This document shows, piece by piece, positions 1 to 10,340 of a stretch of 64,000 nt of DNA (the first letter of the stretch is position 1; each line of letters begins with the position of its first letter). The notes under the pieces are model-generated. The model was not told the DNA's origin. It saw nothing but the letters and a program-made list of their open reading frames with translations, and searched no databases. The translations under genes and the position numbers were made by a program. The stretch covers positions 46,750,001-46,814,000 of the forward strand of contig CM052818.1 of NCBI GenBank assembly GCA_028534125.1, read 5' to 3'. Origin of the DNA: Lama glama (lineage: Eukaryota).

Positions 1-1230
1 GGAAGTTGATTATATTTACTCCCATTTTAACTTTCTCCCTTGTTCTGTCTTTCTTCCTGATACTCCAGTATTCTTTCTTCGATAATTTCCTTTCTGTCTC
101 AAGAGTGTCCATTAGCCATTTTCTAAGGGTAGGTCTGGTGGTGACAAGTTCTCTTAGTTTTCCTGCAGCTGAGGTCTTGTTGTCCCCTTGATTTCTGAAG
201 GATGTTTTTGCTGAATCTAGAGTTCTGGGCTGGAGTTCTTTTCTTTCAGCATTTGATACGTTGGGACACTTCCTTCTGGCCTCCGTGGTTTCTGATGAGA
301 CATCTATTACTCGAATTGCTTTTTCCTCTACAGATAAGGCGTGTTTCTCCCTGCTCTTTATCTTTAGTTTTCAGAAATTTGCCCATGATATACCTTGGCA
401 TGGATTTCTCTGTGTTTTTCCAGTTTGAGGTTTCCTCAGCTTCTTGACTGTAGGTTTAAGTCTTTTGCCAAATGGGAAGGTTTTCAGCCATTATTTCTTC
501 ACATCCTTTTCAGCCCCTCCCTCTTTCTCCTCTCCTTCCAGGGCCCTGACGACAGGAATACTAGATCTTTTGTTATATTCCTACAGGTCTGTGAGGCTGT
601 GTCTTTTTTTTTTTAAGTCATCTTTCTTCTGTTGTGCCAGTTGGGTAATTTAGGAATTTCTGTTTTTCTGTTTTCAAGTCCACTGATTCTTTCCTCTGTC
701 CTCGTTTTGCTTTTGAGCTCATCCAGTGAAGTTTTTGCTTTGGCTATTGTATTTTTCAGTTCTAAAGTTGGTTCTTCTTTATATCTTCTATTTCTCTGCT
801 GAAATCTTCAAATTTTTCCTTTTTTTTGAGCAACGTCATAATTGCTCATTGAAAGACTTTTTTGATGGCTATTATAAAATCCTTATTCGCTAATTTCAAC
901 ATCATGTCAACCCGGTGTTGGCTACTGTTGTCTTTTCTCATTCAAGTTGAGTGTTTCCTGGTTGTTGGTATGATGAGTGATCTTCATTGAAACCTGGGTC
1001 TCAATTAGGCTCTCAATCTTAATTAAACTTTCTATTAGAGCAGGTCTCTGCTGACACCACCCTGGCTGGGAGGGGGAGAGGTACCTCCCACAGTGGTCTC
1101 CACCTGCACTGGTGGAAATCCAGGCTCCCGGGTGGTCTCTGCTGACAGTGCGGAGGGGCTCACTGCTGGCTAGCCGAGGTGAATGCCCCTGCTCTCCACC
1201 TTATGCTCTGCAGCACCATCCTGCGGTGAT
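1..1230 (-). mobile_element. Old LINE-1 (L1M-type) fragment, ORF1/5'UTR region, truncated by window start
   Basis: T-rich plus strand with antisense L1 ORF1-like text (ttctgaaggatgtttttgctgaatctagagttctgggctg; ccttctggcctccgtggtttctgatgaga). Repeated gtctctgctgaca units at ~1045-1150 resemble L1M 5' ends. Boundaries approximate. Confidence 0.8.
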
Positions 1231-3610
1231 AACCGGTATAAACTCAGGTTTATAGTGTGGGTCCATTTTTAACCAATAAGAATCCCTGCTAAAGTGCCCC
1301 TAAACTGTAGAGTTTATAACCATGTGTGATGACTATGTATTTTGGGCTCAAACAAAGGAGGATACATGGCTTGACTCCAGGGCTCTGGAGAGCGTGGGAA
1401 AGCTGAGGGGGATGAGGGGGAAAGTGGCCACCTGTGCTCCCACCCAGCTTCTCTGGTGGGGTAGTGAGAGCATCTGATGCCCCCAGACATTCCAGAAACC
1501 ATCTCATGGAAACATCTCATCACCTCTCAGAGTCAAGGTTTTAAATGATTTTGGCAGTTTTTCTTCACACGTCATGAAGGTTTTGAGTGTGGAGATACTG
1601 TGCTTGCTGGTTAGGGCGGGGCTCTTTGTCCCATCGTCTCTCTGACTTGATTTCCAGGGACTCTTGGGACACTGTTTACCCCGCGGAAGGCACTGTTGGC
1701 CGGAAGATGTAAAGTTTGAATACCTAGAAAGGCGGGTGGGAGCCCTGCAGGCAGTGGCTCTCGGCAGCTGCCAGAAAGCCTCCGTCTGTCCTCCTGTGAT
1801 GCCATCCCAGTGTGGCCATTTCCGGTCCTGGGAGAGGAGTCGGGAGCGGGCTGAGGCAATTCCAGTTCTTCAGGGCTGGCTTTGAAATCCCGAGCCCCGC
1901 TTTCCCAGAGAGGAGCCGCCGTAGGAATGCAGAAGAGCGAAACTCTTGCAGTGCAGTGTCCTGGTCCTCACGGTGGCTGCTGCTGCCGTGCTGGGGTGGC
2001 AGAGGGGATGAGGGAGGAAGTTGGAGCTGAGGGCTCTCACCACCCCGCACTCCCCGAGCCGGCACCCTTGTCTTTGAGGGGGTGGCTTTAATCTCACACT
2101 TTATTTCCAAAATTTTGCTTGGTGAGCATCTTTCCCTGGTCTCAGTGTGCCCTCAGTGAGTCACTGTGAACCTTGGGTTCCCGGCTCCTCTACTTGCATC
2201 AGATCAGATGGGGGACTGGACGGGAGCCTTAAACTCTGAGCCTTACTCCTCAAAGCACGGCGTGAGAACCCGCATCCTGGGTGCACGGAGGCCGGCCGTC
2301 TCGGGCAGACTCAGGCTCCAGCCCAGACCCACTGAGTCAGAACCCGCACGGTCACCAGAGCTACCTGTGACTCCCGCCAGCGCAGCCTGTGACCTGCGCT
2401 GCTGAGGGTCCGCCCACCCCCCCAGGCCGTGGATGGAGCCAGCGAGGCACAGGTGTGCGATCCATCTGCTCTTGACCTCAAAGCTGCGTCTTTTCAGAGC
2501 ACCTCCCAGCACTGACTCACAGGGCAGACTTAGCAGCGCCGTTCTCTCCGACTCTCACGCTGACCAACAGGGTCTTTCCATTTTACAGAGGAAGCGGCTG
2601 AATGCAGGGAGCCGGGCTGCAGGGCCGGGTGTCCGATGGGGTGGGGGCTGAAGCCCAGGCTGCTCTCCCGTCGCTGTCCAACCAGGGAGGTGTGCGAAGT
2701 GGGAGAGCCTTTGGATGGGGAACAAATGAGTGCCTGTGTGAGGAGCAGGACTGGGATGTGCTGGGCCCTGTGGCACTGCTGTGGTCCTGGGTCACAGACA
2801 CTGGGCAGAGGTGGGGTCTGCTGGCTCAGCTGAGACCACAGAGCCTGAGAATTGCTGGGTTGGGAGGCCGAGGCCCCCCCCCCCAGGCCTTTGCCCCCTC
2901 TTGGTGGTGGGCAACCTGGAGCGCTGCCTCACTCGGGTGCAAGTCTGGCTCAAGCCCTTTTGTGGCCCAATATCCCTAAGCCCCACAAGACCCTCGGGGT
3001 GCGGTCTCCCGGCTCCCCTGCCAGGACGCTGCCCCATAACCTGTCCTGCCAGTACAGCCAGGAGACAGAGCCAGAATCGGGACCCTCGCCTGTCTGACTT
3101 AAGAGTCTAATGTTTGCCCTGAGCTACTTCCTAAAGCTTTCTGAAGGTGTATCAGATCATTTAATCATCTCCGGGAGAAATGCTTGCTTTGAAAAAGGAG
3201 ACGTTTACAGTGGATATTTTATGACAGTTCGAAACATGATTTTGAAATAAAATATTCTTAACCATCCTCACTGTGTCTTAAGGTCCCCTTATGGGCTGAT
3301 GGTGGTTGTTAGAAGATAAAGGCCACGCCGTCAGTGGGGCTGGAAGGAATGATGCTGAAGATGGAGCATCCCTGAGCCCAGGCCGTCCTGGGAACAGCGT
3401 ACCCCGCCGGGAGAGCCGGACCACCTGGAGTGAGCCTGCTCGGGTCCTGGCACGGCGGCCACGCAGGTGGCGTGTGACGCAGGGAGAGCGCTGGCCCTTC
3501 TGATCCTGTCTGAGGACGTGGATGCCGAGAGCCCCTTGCTCTGGATGGTATTTTGAACATCCATCGTGCACCAAGTGTGACACCTGGAGGAATTCAAGTG
3601 CTCAGGAAGG

Positions 3611-3730
3611 AGGGTGACCAGATAAAATGCAGCACAGCTCCTCTGATTGAAACTTCAGAACGACAATCAATACTTTGTTTTTTTTTAATATGAGTGGGTC
3701 CCTGTATTTTATCTGCTAGATCTAAACCTT
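3611..3730. mobile_element. MER53-like palindromic DNA-transposon MITE, internally deleted
   Basis: Starts agggtgaccagataaaatgcag and ends ccctgtattttatctgctagatcta, matching both recalled MER53 termini. The centre is shorter than the consensus. Confidence 0.65.
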
Positions 3731-3896
3731 CTTGTAAAGGGTCACTGTGACAGCAGCAAGCTTGTGACAGAACTGAGACATCTGTAAAGACGCAGGAACT
3801 GGTTTTTACTTGTCACTGAGCTCTGACTAGTTAAGATGCCTGGGGGAGAAGATGTCTTTAAACTTACAGACTGCAGAGTGTGAAAGTTCTGATTTG

Positions 3897-4234
3897 AGTC
3901 TGTTTCTGTTTTGTAAATAAGTTCATTTGTGAGTTTTTTTTTTTAAGTTCCACGTGTAAGTGAGACAGAAAACAAACCATGGTGACCAGGGGGGATGGGG
4001 GCGAGAAGGGATGAACTGGAGTCGGAGACTTGCAGATACACACGACTACATATAAAACAGATAAACAGCAAGTTTCTACCATAGAGCACGGGGAACTCTA
4101 GTCATTATCTTGTAGTAACCTATAATGAAGTAAGTATATGAAAACAAATGTATGTATACGTATGACTGAAACAAGATGCTGTACACCGGAAATTGACACA
4201 GCATTGTAAACTGATTACACTTCAATTAAGAAAA
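3897..4234 (+). mobile_element. Young 5'-truncated L1 3'UTR with 5' inversion (3897-3963 inverted; 3964-4234 sense with A-tail)
   Basis: TSD aaagttctgatttg (3883-3896) / aaggttctgatttg (4235-4248). The inverted part reads tcacttacacgtggaac...aatgaacttatttacaaaacagaaacagact on the minus strand. The sense part continues gacagaaaacaaaccatggtgacc...gctgtacaccggaaattgacacagcattgtaaactgattacacttcaatt plus A-rich tail. Confidence 0.9.
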
Positions 4235-4489
4235 AAGGTTCTGATTTGGAGTCCTGTGGGGCCAGAATGGACAGAAGTGAACATTAGAGGACTTATTTGA
4301 AAAGCTGCAATTTCCAAAGTCCCTCACAGATGTATAGGTCCACAGGCCACCCCTGCCCCCATCCCTTTGCATAGGCCAGCTCATTGTTTCTGTTATAAAT
4401 CGATGTCCAGGGAAATCCCCCGGAAACCTCTCTCCCACGTGAGGTAGGACATCTCCAGAAATCCCCCAGGTCACATCTGCTGACTCAGA

Positions 4490-4660
4490 CTCGGCTCAAG
4501 CGCAGTGTCTGTCTGTCCCTCCGAGTCCAAAGTGGGTGTCAGTGATGGGCAGGTGTCTCTCTTCCAGGTGGTGACTCAGGGACCCAGGCTCTGCTGTGTC
4601 CATGGAAACTGCAGAAGGGGAGAGAGCTGGGTCTGGCTCACAGCACTTGAGCTCACATCC
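4490..4660. mobile_element. Degenerate MLT1 (ERVL-MaLR) LTR fragment
   Basis: ttccaggtggtgactcagggacccaggct motif typical of old MLT1K/L-type LTRs. Confidence 0.45.
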
Positions 4661-4669
4661 AGCTGGTGG

Positions 4670-4868
4670 GAACCGGATCTCTCGGTGTCGGCACTGCTCA
4701 CACTTGGGCTGGTAAGTCTTGGTTGTGGGGGGCTGTCCTGAGCGGGGCATGTGCTGGCCTCTCCCACTAGATTGTAGTAGCATCCCCCGCAATGGCGACA
4801 ACCAAACCTGTCCCCAGGCAATGCTAAGTGTCCCCTGGGGGCAGAATTGCCTTGGCTGAGAACCACCG
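4670..4868 (-). mobile_element. MER20 (hAT-Charlie)
   Basis: Reverse complement resembles MER20: tgtcccctgggggcagaattgccttggctgagaaccac end and ggttgtgggggctgtcctg...cccactaga internal. Confidence 0.85.
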
Positions 4869-5747
4869 GGTTGCTGTCTCATGTCCACACCTGACCGCAG
4901 GGAGGCTGGAAGTGGAGCCCAGTCGTACGATCAGGGAAAGAGTAAACTGGTGTAGTGCCTGGAGGCCGGTCTCCTCCTCAGTGAGCGCGAGTCTGGTTCT
5001 CTGTTGCTGCGGGACCCCGAGGCCCGTGTCAGAGCTGCTTCTATGGCTGAGGGGGTGTAGCAGGAACGTGCGGGATGGGACGCCGGAACTGGGTGGGACG
5101 GGGACGATAGAAGCCACTCGCCATCGTGTTCGGCAGCACTAAGTGTTTATTTGTGAACAGATGAGCAGTTGTGGAAAGGGTGCAGCGAGGGCGGAAATAA
5201 ACATTTTGGAATATCGTCCTGGTTGACAAGCACTTTTAAAGGCATGGCTGAGTTTCCAGGCTGCCTTGCGGTGGGAATGGGTCTGGTTGGCTGCTGTGTC
5301 CGGGAAGGGGCTCTGATATCTTCGTCTTGCTTGAGGACCTTGAATTACGCAGAAAGCAGAACAGAAGGGGGTTGGAAGGGGAGAGGTAAAAATCTGGGAT
5401 TTGGTGTCTTCCCAGGGAGGAGCTGTCATTTGGAAGCCCAGTAAAGGGGATTTCTCCACCACGTATGTGCTGTGTGTTCACATAATTATACCTGAAAGGG
5501 GAAACATGTAGGAGGCTGTTTTCATAGCTGTTTTTTTTTTATTAATGTTTACATGAGTTAATGAGCATGCAAACAGATCTGGTGAAAACATGTCAGGAAT
5601 AAAACAGCAAAGTTGGTTTTAAAGAGGGAAGTCACTGGCTTGTGAGTAATCAAATCTTACCTCAGCTGGAAAGGAAGACAGGTTTTCCAAGCTCAGACAT
5701 GCAGCCAGTGTGAATGGTGGCTCAGATGAGGTACAGCTCAAAGGCAG

Positions 5748-5897
5748 GCATCCATCCACCCATCTACCCACCCAACCATCCATTCCCCCATTCACCTACC
5801 CATCCATCCATCCATCCAGCCAGCCAGCCATCCACCTATCCATTACCTGTTCATCCATCCATCCATCCACCTCTCCATCTATCCATCCATCCATCCA
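5748..5897. repeat. Degenerate (CCAT)n microsatellite
   Basis: Repeated ccat/ccac/ccag units directly abutting an L2 3' tail. Confidence 0.9.
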
Positions 5898-6260
5898 GTA
5901 TTCACTGAGCACTTACTATGAGCCAGGCACTCTTCTGGGAACTTAGGAATCATCAGTGAACAAAACTGACAAAAATTCCTGACCGCCAGGATGTTACATT
6001 CTATCAGGCAGAGACAAAGAAACAAAATTGGTGAGTAAATCACAGAGCTTATCAGAAAATGATGAAGGCTGCAACAGTAATGCAGGGATGTGAACGAACA
6101 GTGCCGGCAGCAAGGGTGGAGTAATGGTTTTGAATAGGGTGGTCCTGGTAGGCTGCATGGAGAAGGTGACATTTGAGCAGAGACTTGAAGAAAGCAAGTC
6201 TCCCTGCTCACATGGCTGGAACTTGAATGCAGTAAAGCAGGAGAGGGACAGGCACTCGCC
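5898..6260 (-). mobile_element. LINE-2 3' end fragment
   Basis: tattcactgagcacttactatgagccaggcac and gagaaggtgacatttgagcagagacttgaag are characteristic antisense L2 motifs. Confidence 0.85.
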
Positions 6261-6324
6261 AGGCCTGCAGGAGGGTGTGTACCCGATCCCAACAACAACC
6301 CAAGGGAAGCAGCTACAGCTTCAG

Positions 6325-6420
6325 GTGCTCTCTTTTAGTATGAGTCTGAAACTGAGACTCAGAGAGGTTAAGTAACAAGTCTAAGGTCACAGAGCCTCTA
6401 AGTGTCAGGATTAGGCAGCA
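6325..6420 (-). mobile_element. MIR SINE fragment
   Basis: gaaactgagactcagagaggttaagtaac...aaggtcacagagc core. Confidence 0.85.
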
Positions 6421-6759
6421 AAGCAGGGATAATGGATACGCTATCCCTGCATCTTTCAGTCAAATGTGGGGAAAACAGAAAGTTATTCCTGAAGGGAAGA
6501 GAGTAACGAAGACCCATAGGCAACATTTCCATGTCTGCTCAGAAACTGGGGGTCATCTAGGCAGTGACAGGACTTTGCTGTTTTGTTCTTGAGAGCACAG
6601 CCAGGGGAAACCCAACTTGAATGACCTGGAAGCTTCTAGAAAACATGAGGTTGTAGACCCCCCACCTCTACCTATCCCATAAGAATCAAAGGGTAGAGTG
6701 AGAAGTAGGGCCAAGCCCTTTGAATTGTTTCACAAGCTTCCTAGGTAATCTTGGGGTCA

Positions 6760-6875
6760 CGTTTAAGAAACATTCCCGAGACCCCGCCCCAGCTTCTTAG
6801 CAGATGTGGAATTATCACTGCGACCTGCGTTTTAGAGGAAGTCCCCCAGGTGATCCTCATGGCCATAAGGTGAGG
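6760..6875 (+). mobile_element. MER5-like hAT fragment
   Basis: attcccgagaccccgccccag...ctgcgttttagaggaagtcccccaggtgatcctcatg resembles the MER5A/B interior. Confidence 0.5.
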
Positions 6876-7289
6876 AGAAGTGACCATTTTGTCATCTAAT
6901 GAAAGTTCTGATTTTGAGGGACATTGAAGGAACGACAGAAAATAACCACTCACGCTTACCCGTGTTGCATTTAAAAACACAGTTCCTTATAATCAAAATA
7001 AATCAGTTCGTTGACTTGTGAATGACAGTCGTACAGTGTGAGAGACAGCAAAGGACAAGTTAAGAAAAATACACATTGAAGCAATCCTTGTGTTTTGATC
7101 GTGATCAAATCCTGCTTTTTTCCCCCCCATTTAGTGCAATTTCTGTTTACAAGTGTCTTTAGTCCTGCTCGCTGCTCTGGCTCCAGCTCGGCGATTCTGC
7201 TCTGGAGGCAGAGTTCTAGAAATTCAGCGTTGACAGGACTTTGCTCTTTTGTAAGAGCCGCGGTGCTTCGGCCGTTTGCGGGCTCTCAG

Positions 7290-7500
7290 CCAGGCTGTTC
7301 CAGCCCCGCCGTCCACACCCCCCGCGCCCGTCCCTCCGAGGAAGGCTGGCCGCGCACTGGGCTGCCCCAGCTGTTTCTGATGCCCCCCCAGGATTCCTCT
7401 GGGCGAGTGACTCAGCATGACTCAGCAATCTGACTCTTTTTAGGGGACCCAGGATATTTTGCCACACAATCAACATACGGTCAACATTCACACTGTTTAG
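7290..7500. promoter_or_regulatory. Candidate enhancer with tandem TGACTCAGCA (ARE/StRE, AP-1 core) and GC/CACCC boxes
   Basis: TGACTCAGCA at 7408-7417 and 7418-7427. ccccgcc and ccacaccc at ~7303-7320. Local CpG enrichment. Function is not shown by sequence alone. Confidence 0.5.
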
Positions 7501-8529
7501 CAAAACCCTTGTGAATGAACACAACAGGGGGAAGAAAAGGCCCAGATTTCCTCACACCCAAACTGGAGAGATCAGCTCAAGGATGCAGAGGACAAGTTGG
7601 GAAAGGCATCTTCCCCAGGGCAGAGCAGTGGCTCAGAGGCTGGGCGGAGAGGAGGAGGAAGAGGCAGTAACTGCGGCGTCTCTTCCTCCCGTGACAAGGA
7701 GAGCGGCCAGGGGACCTGGGAGACAGCTCACTCCGTCTGCTGCAGTTGTCCCCATGGCTGTATCAGCTTGATTTATTTGGGGGGAAAGCTACCCTTTATT
7801 TAAAATTTTTAAGCTTAGTGAATCTTTAGCTTCTTTTCTTTTCCTCTCGAAGTGGCACGAAGTCTGGCTCTTTTGAAAGGCCATCGCAGCCGCCGACACT
7901 TGGCAGACTCTACAGATGGGATTTTGACGCTGCGAATCCCGTCGGGAAGGCCACGCTGGTGACCTCCTTGGAAAGCCAGTGTGAGCTCCTGAGCTCTGGG
8001 ACTGTTTCCCCCCCCGCGTTTCTGGGGTCACTGTGTTAAGCCTTCCGTTAAAGAGCAGTGTCTTTGAAGCGGCTGCTTTGGGCTGGCCCCCTGGTCCCGG
8101 GATGGTTTCTCGGTATTTGGTGATCATGTGACAGAGAGCAGCCACTGGATTCCTCGCCTTTTAGAGTTCGCTGTTTTCTTCAGCTGAAGAAACTTGTTAT
8201 GCTTTAGAAAGATTTTGCTTTTCAAGTCATAAAGTGGAGCTTAAAGACTGGAAGAGGGTTTTATTTTGTGTGTTTCGTTTTAATGTCTAGACTCTGTGCT
8301 GGATGTTTGAAGGGCCTGGGACAGAGGACTCGAGACTGGCGAGACTGGTGTGGGGAGGTTTTGCGGGATGTCGGTTGGTCCTAAGGGAGCGGCACCGAAG
8401 AGTCAGTCTTGGGCTCAGGGTTAATCCCAGAGGCAGACAGGTTAGGTGGCTTTCCATAACCCTCTCTCCTGTCAACCTGTTCTGACTCTTTGAACAGTCC
8501 CTAATACCCTCGGAATGTTCTCACACAAT

Positions 8530-8625
8530 AAAGCCTGGGAGAGCAGGGCCTAGGGCATCCTCACCCTGTACCCCAGTACCTACAACTGTGTGCGGCACGG
8601 AGCATGTGAAGGAATGAATGGAGAT
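8530..8625 (+). mobile_element. LINE-2 3' tail fragment
   Basis: gagagcagggcc...ctgtaccccagtacctacaactgtgtgcggcac...gaaggaatgaatg. Confidence 0.55.
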
Positions 8626-9229
8626 GCATTGGAAACGTTGGCTGTGATGAAAAATTCTCTACATCAAAGTCCATTTACTGATTCTCATTTTAAACCAAGA
8701 ACTCAGTGTCTCCTGTTCCCCCCCAAGTCGCCCGAGAACAAGGCGATGAGAAGGCCCGCGTCTGTCCTGGAAAATGTGTGCTGAGCAAGGAATTCCAGGG
8801 AGAAGGAAAAGCTGAAGAATTTGGCGCTGACACGGAAGTCCAGTCCATCCACAGCTGAGCACAGACTGTATAACCATTTACCAATGAATTTTGACCGTCA
8901 GGGAATGATTCCAAGTGCTTTCTGATCCTGTCGGGATCAAGAGAAAACCAGTAGTTGCTTTTTAAAAAAATGTGATGCTCACATGATTGGAGTTTCATTT
9001 TGTTTAATTTTTAACCAACAGTACCCCCATTGAGCTTGCTTCTGGAAAGAAAATTGTGTTTACAGGTGACCTGCTGTTTATCAGAACCAGCATGCCGGTG
9101 GGCAGAGGGAAGGCAGCACAGGCCTTCGCAGAGATGTCACGGTTTCCCTTGGATGGTACTGGTTTTCCCCCCTATGTAAAGCCCTTTGGAAACTTAAGTA
9201 AATTCCAGCTCTGATCTCTCCCCTCCCCC

Positions 9230-9555
9230 CATATGGACTGAATGTTTGTGTCCTCCTCAGATTCCTATGTGGAAGCCCTGACCCCAGTGTGATGGTTTTG
9301 GAGGTGAGCCTTTGGGAGGTGATCAGGGTTGATGAGGTCCTGAGGTGGGGACCACCATGATGGAGTCAGGTCCTGATAAGAAGAGTCACCAGCGAGCCAC
9401 ACCCCCCACCCCACGGGAGGAGACGGCTCCCACCAGACACCGAATCTGCCTGCCTCGTGTTCTTGGACTTGCAGCCTCCAGAACTGTGAGAAATAAGTGA
9501 TCGTCATTTAAGCTACCCAGTCTGTGGTATGTTGTGACAGCAGCCTGAGCTAAGC
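9230..9555 (+). mobile_element. MLT1A-type MaLR solo LTR
   Basis: tatggactgaatgtttgtgtcc start; ttggacttgcagcctccagaactgtgagaaataa; tttaagctacccagtctgtggtat...gcagcctgagctaag end. Confidence 0.9.
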
Positions 9556-10179
9556 GTCCCCCCACCCATCTACTCCCTGCCTCAGTCCTGGGTCCCTGGG
9601 TCCCTGAATCTGGCCCCTCTGAGGGCCGTTCCCTTTGGGAAGTCACAGTGGCCCGGGACCCTGGCAGACACCTTCCCCTCTGGTCCCTCCCAGCTCCCCA
9701 GCCCTCTGGATGACGTCCAGGCTCTGACTGTCCTGAGGAACCCAGGGTGCGCCCCGGCCCCCTTCCAGCCCCAGCTGTCACCCCCTGTTCCTCTCGCAGG
9801 TGCTGCTGCCAGGACTGCTCGCGGCTCCCTGGGGCCCTGAGCTCTCCTGAGCCTGGTGGGGTGTGCGCCTGCCTGTCCCACTCTCAGGGACTCCCTTCAC
9901 CCCCCCTTTCCTGGCCTGGCCCTTCTTTGTCCTTCAGTCTCAAAAGTCACTTCCTCTAAAATCTTCCCTGGCCCACCGGGGCCGCCTCCCCCGGAGCATC
10001 ACCCTCAGAGCCAGCATCGCTGGGCCAGGCCGGGCCGGGCCACTTCCCGGGGGCGCCCTGTGAGCTCTTCCGCAGGGGGACGGCGGTGGTGCGTGGCCCT
10101 GGGCGGGGGGAGCTTTCATCGCTCCAGGTGGAGCCGTGTCCAGGGGCAGAACTACCTCGGTCTCCACCAGGGCACGGGG

Positions 10180-10340
10180 CAGTGGCCCACAGAGTGTGGC
10201 CCATGACATCAGTGCCGCTGGGAACTGTCGGGGACGCCAGTTTTCAGACCTCACCCCAGACCGGCTGAATCAGAAGCCCTGGGGAGGGGGCCCAGAGGTC
10301 TCTTCCCACCAGCCCCCCAGGCGGCTCTGACACTCATGCC
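10180..10340 (+). mobile_element. MER5A (hAT-Charlie)
   Basis: cagtgg...agagtgtggccc...ctgggaact...ccccagaccggctgaatcagaagccctgggg...ggcccag...ccccaggcggctctga. Confidence 0.75.

Noticed and set aside
3455..3478. CTCF-like ccacgcaggtggcg
   Set aside because: Mismatches at core positions; not supportable without a PWM scan.
5710..5946. Pro/Ser/Ile/His-rich ORFs
   Set aside because: Translation of the (CCAT)n repeat.
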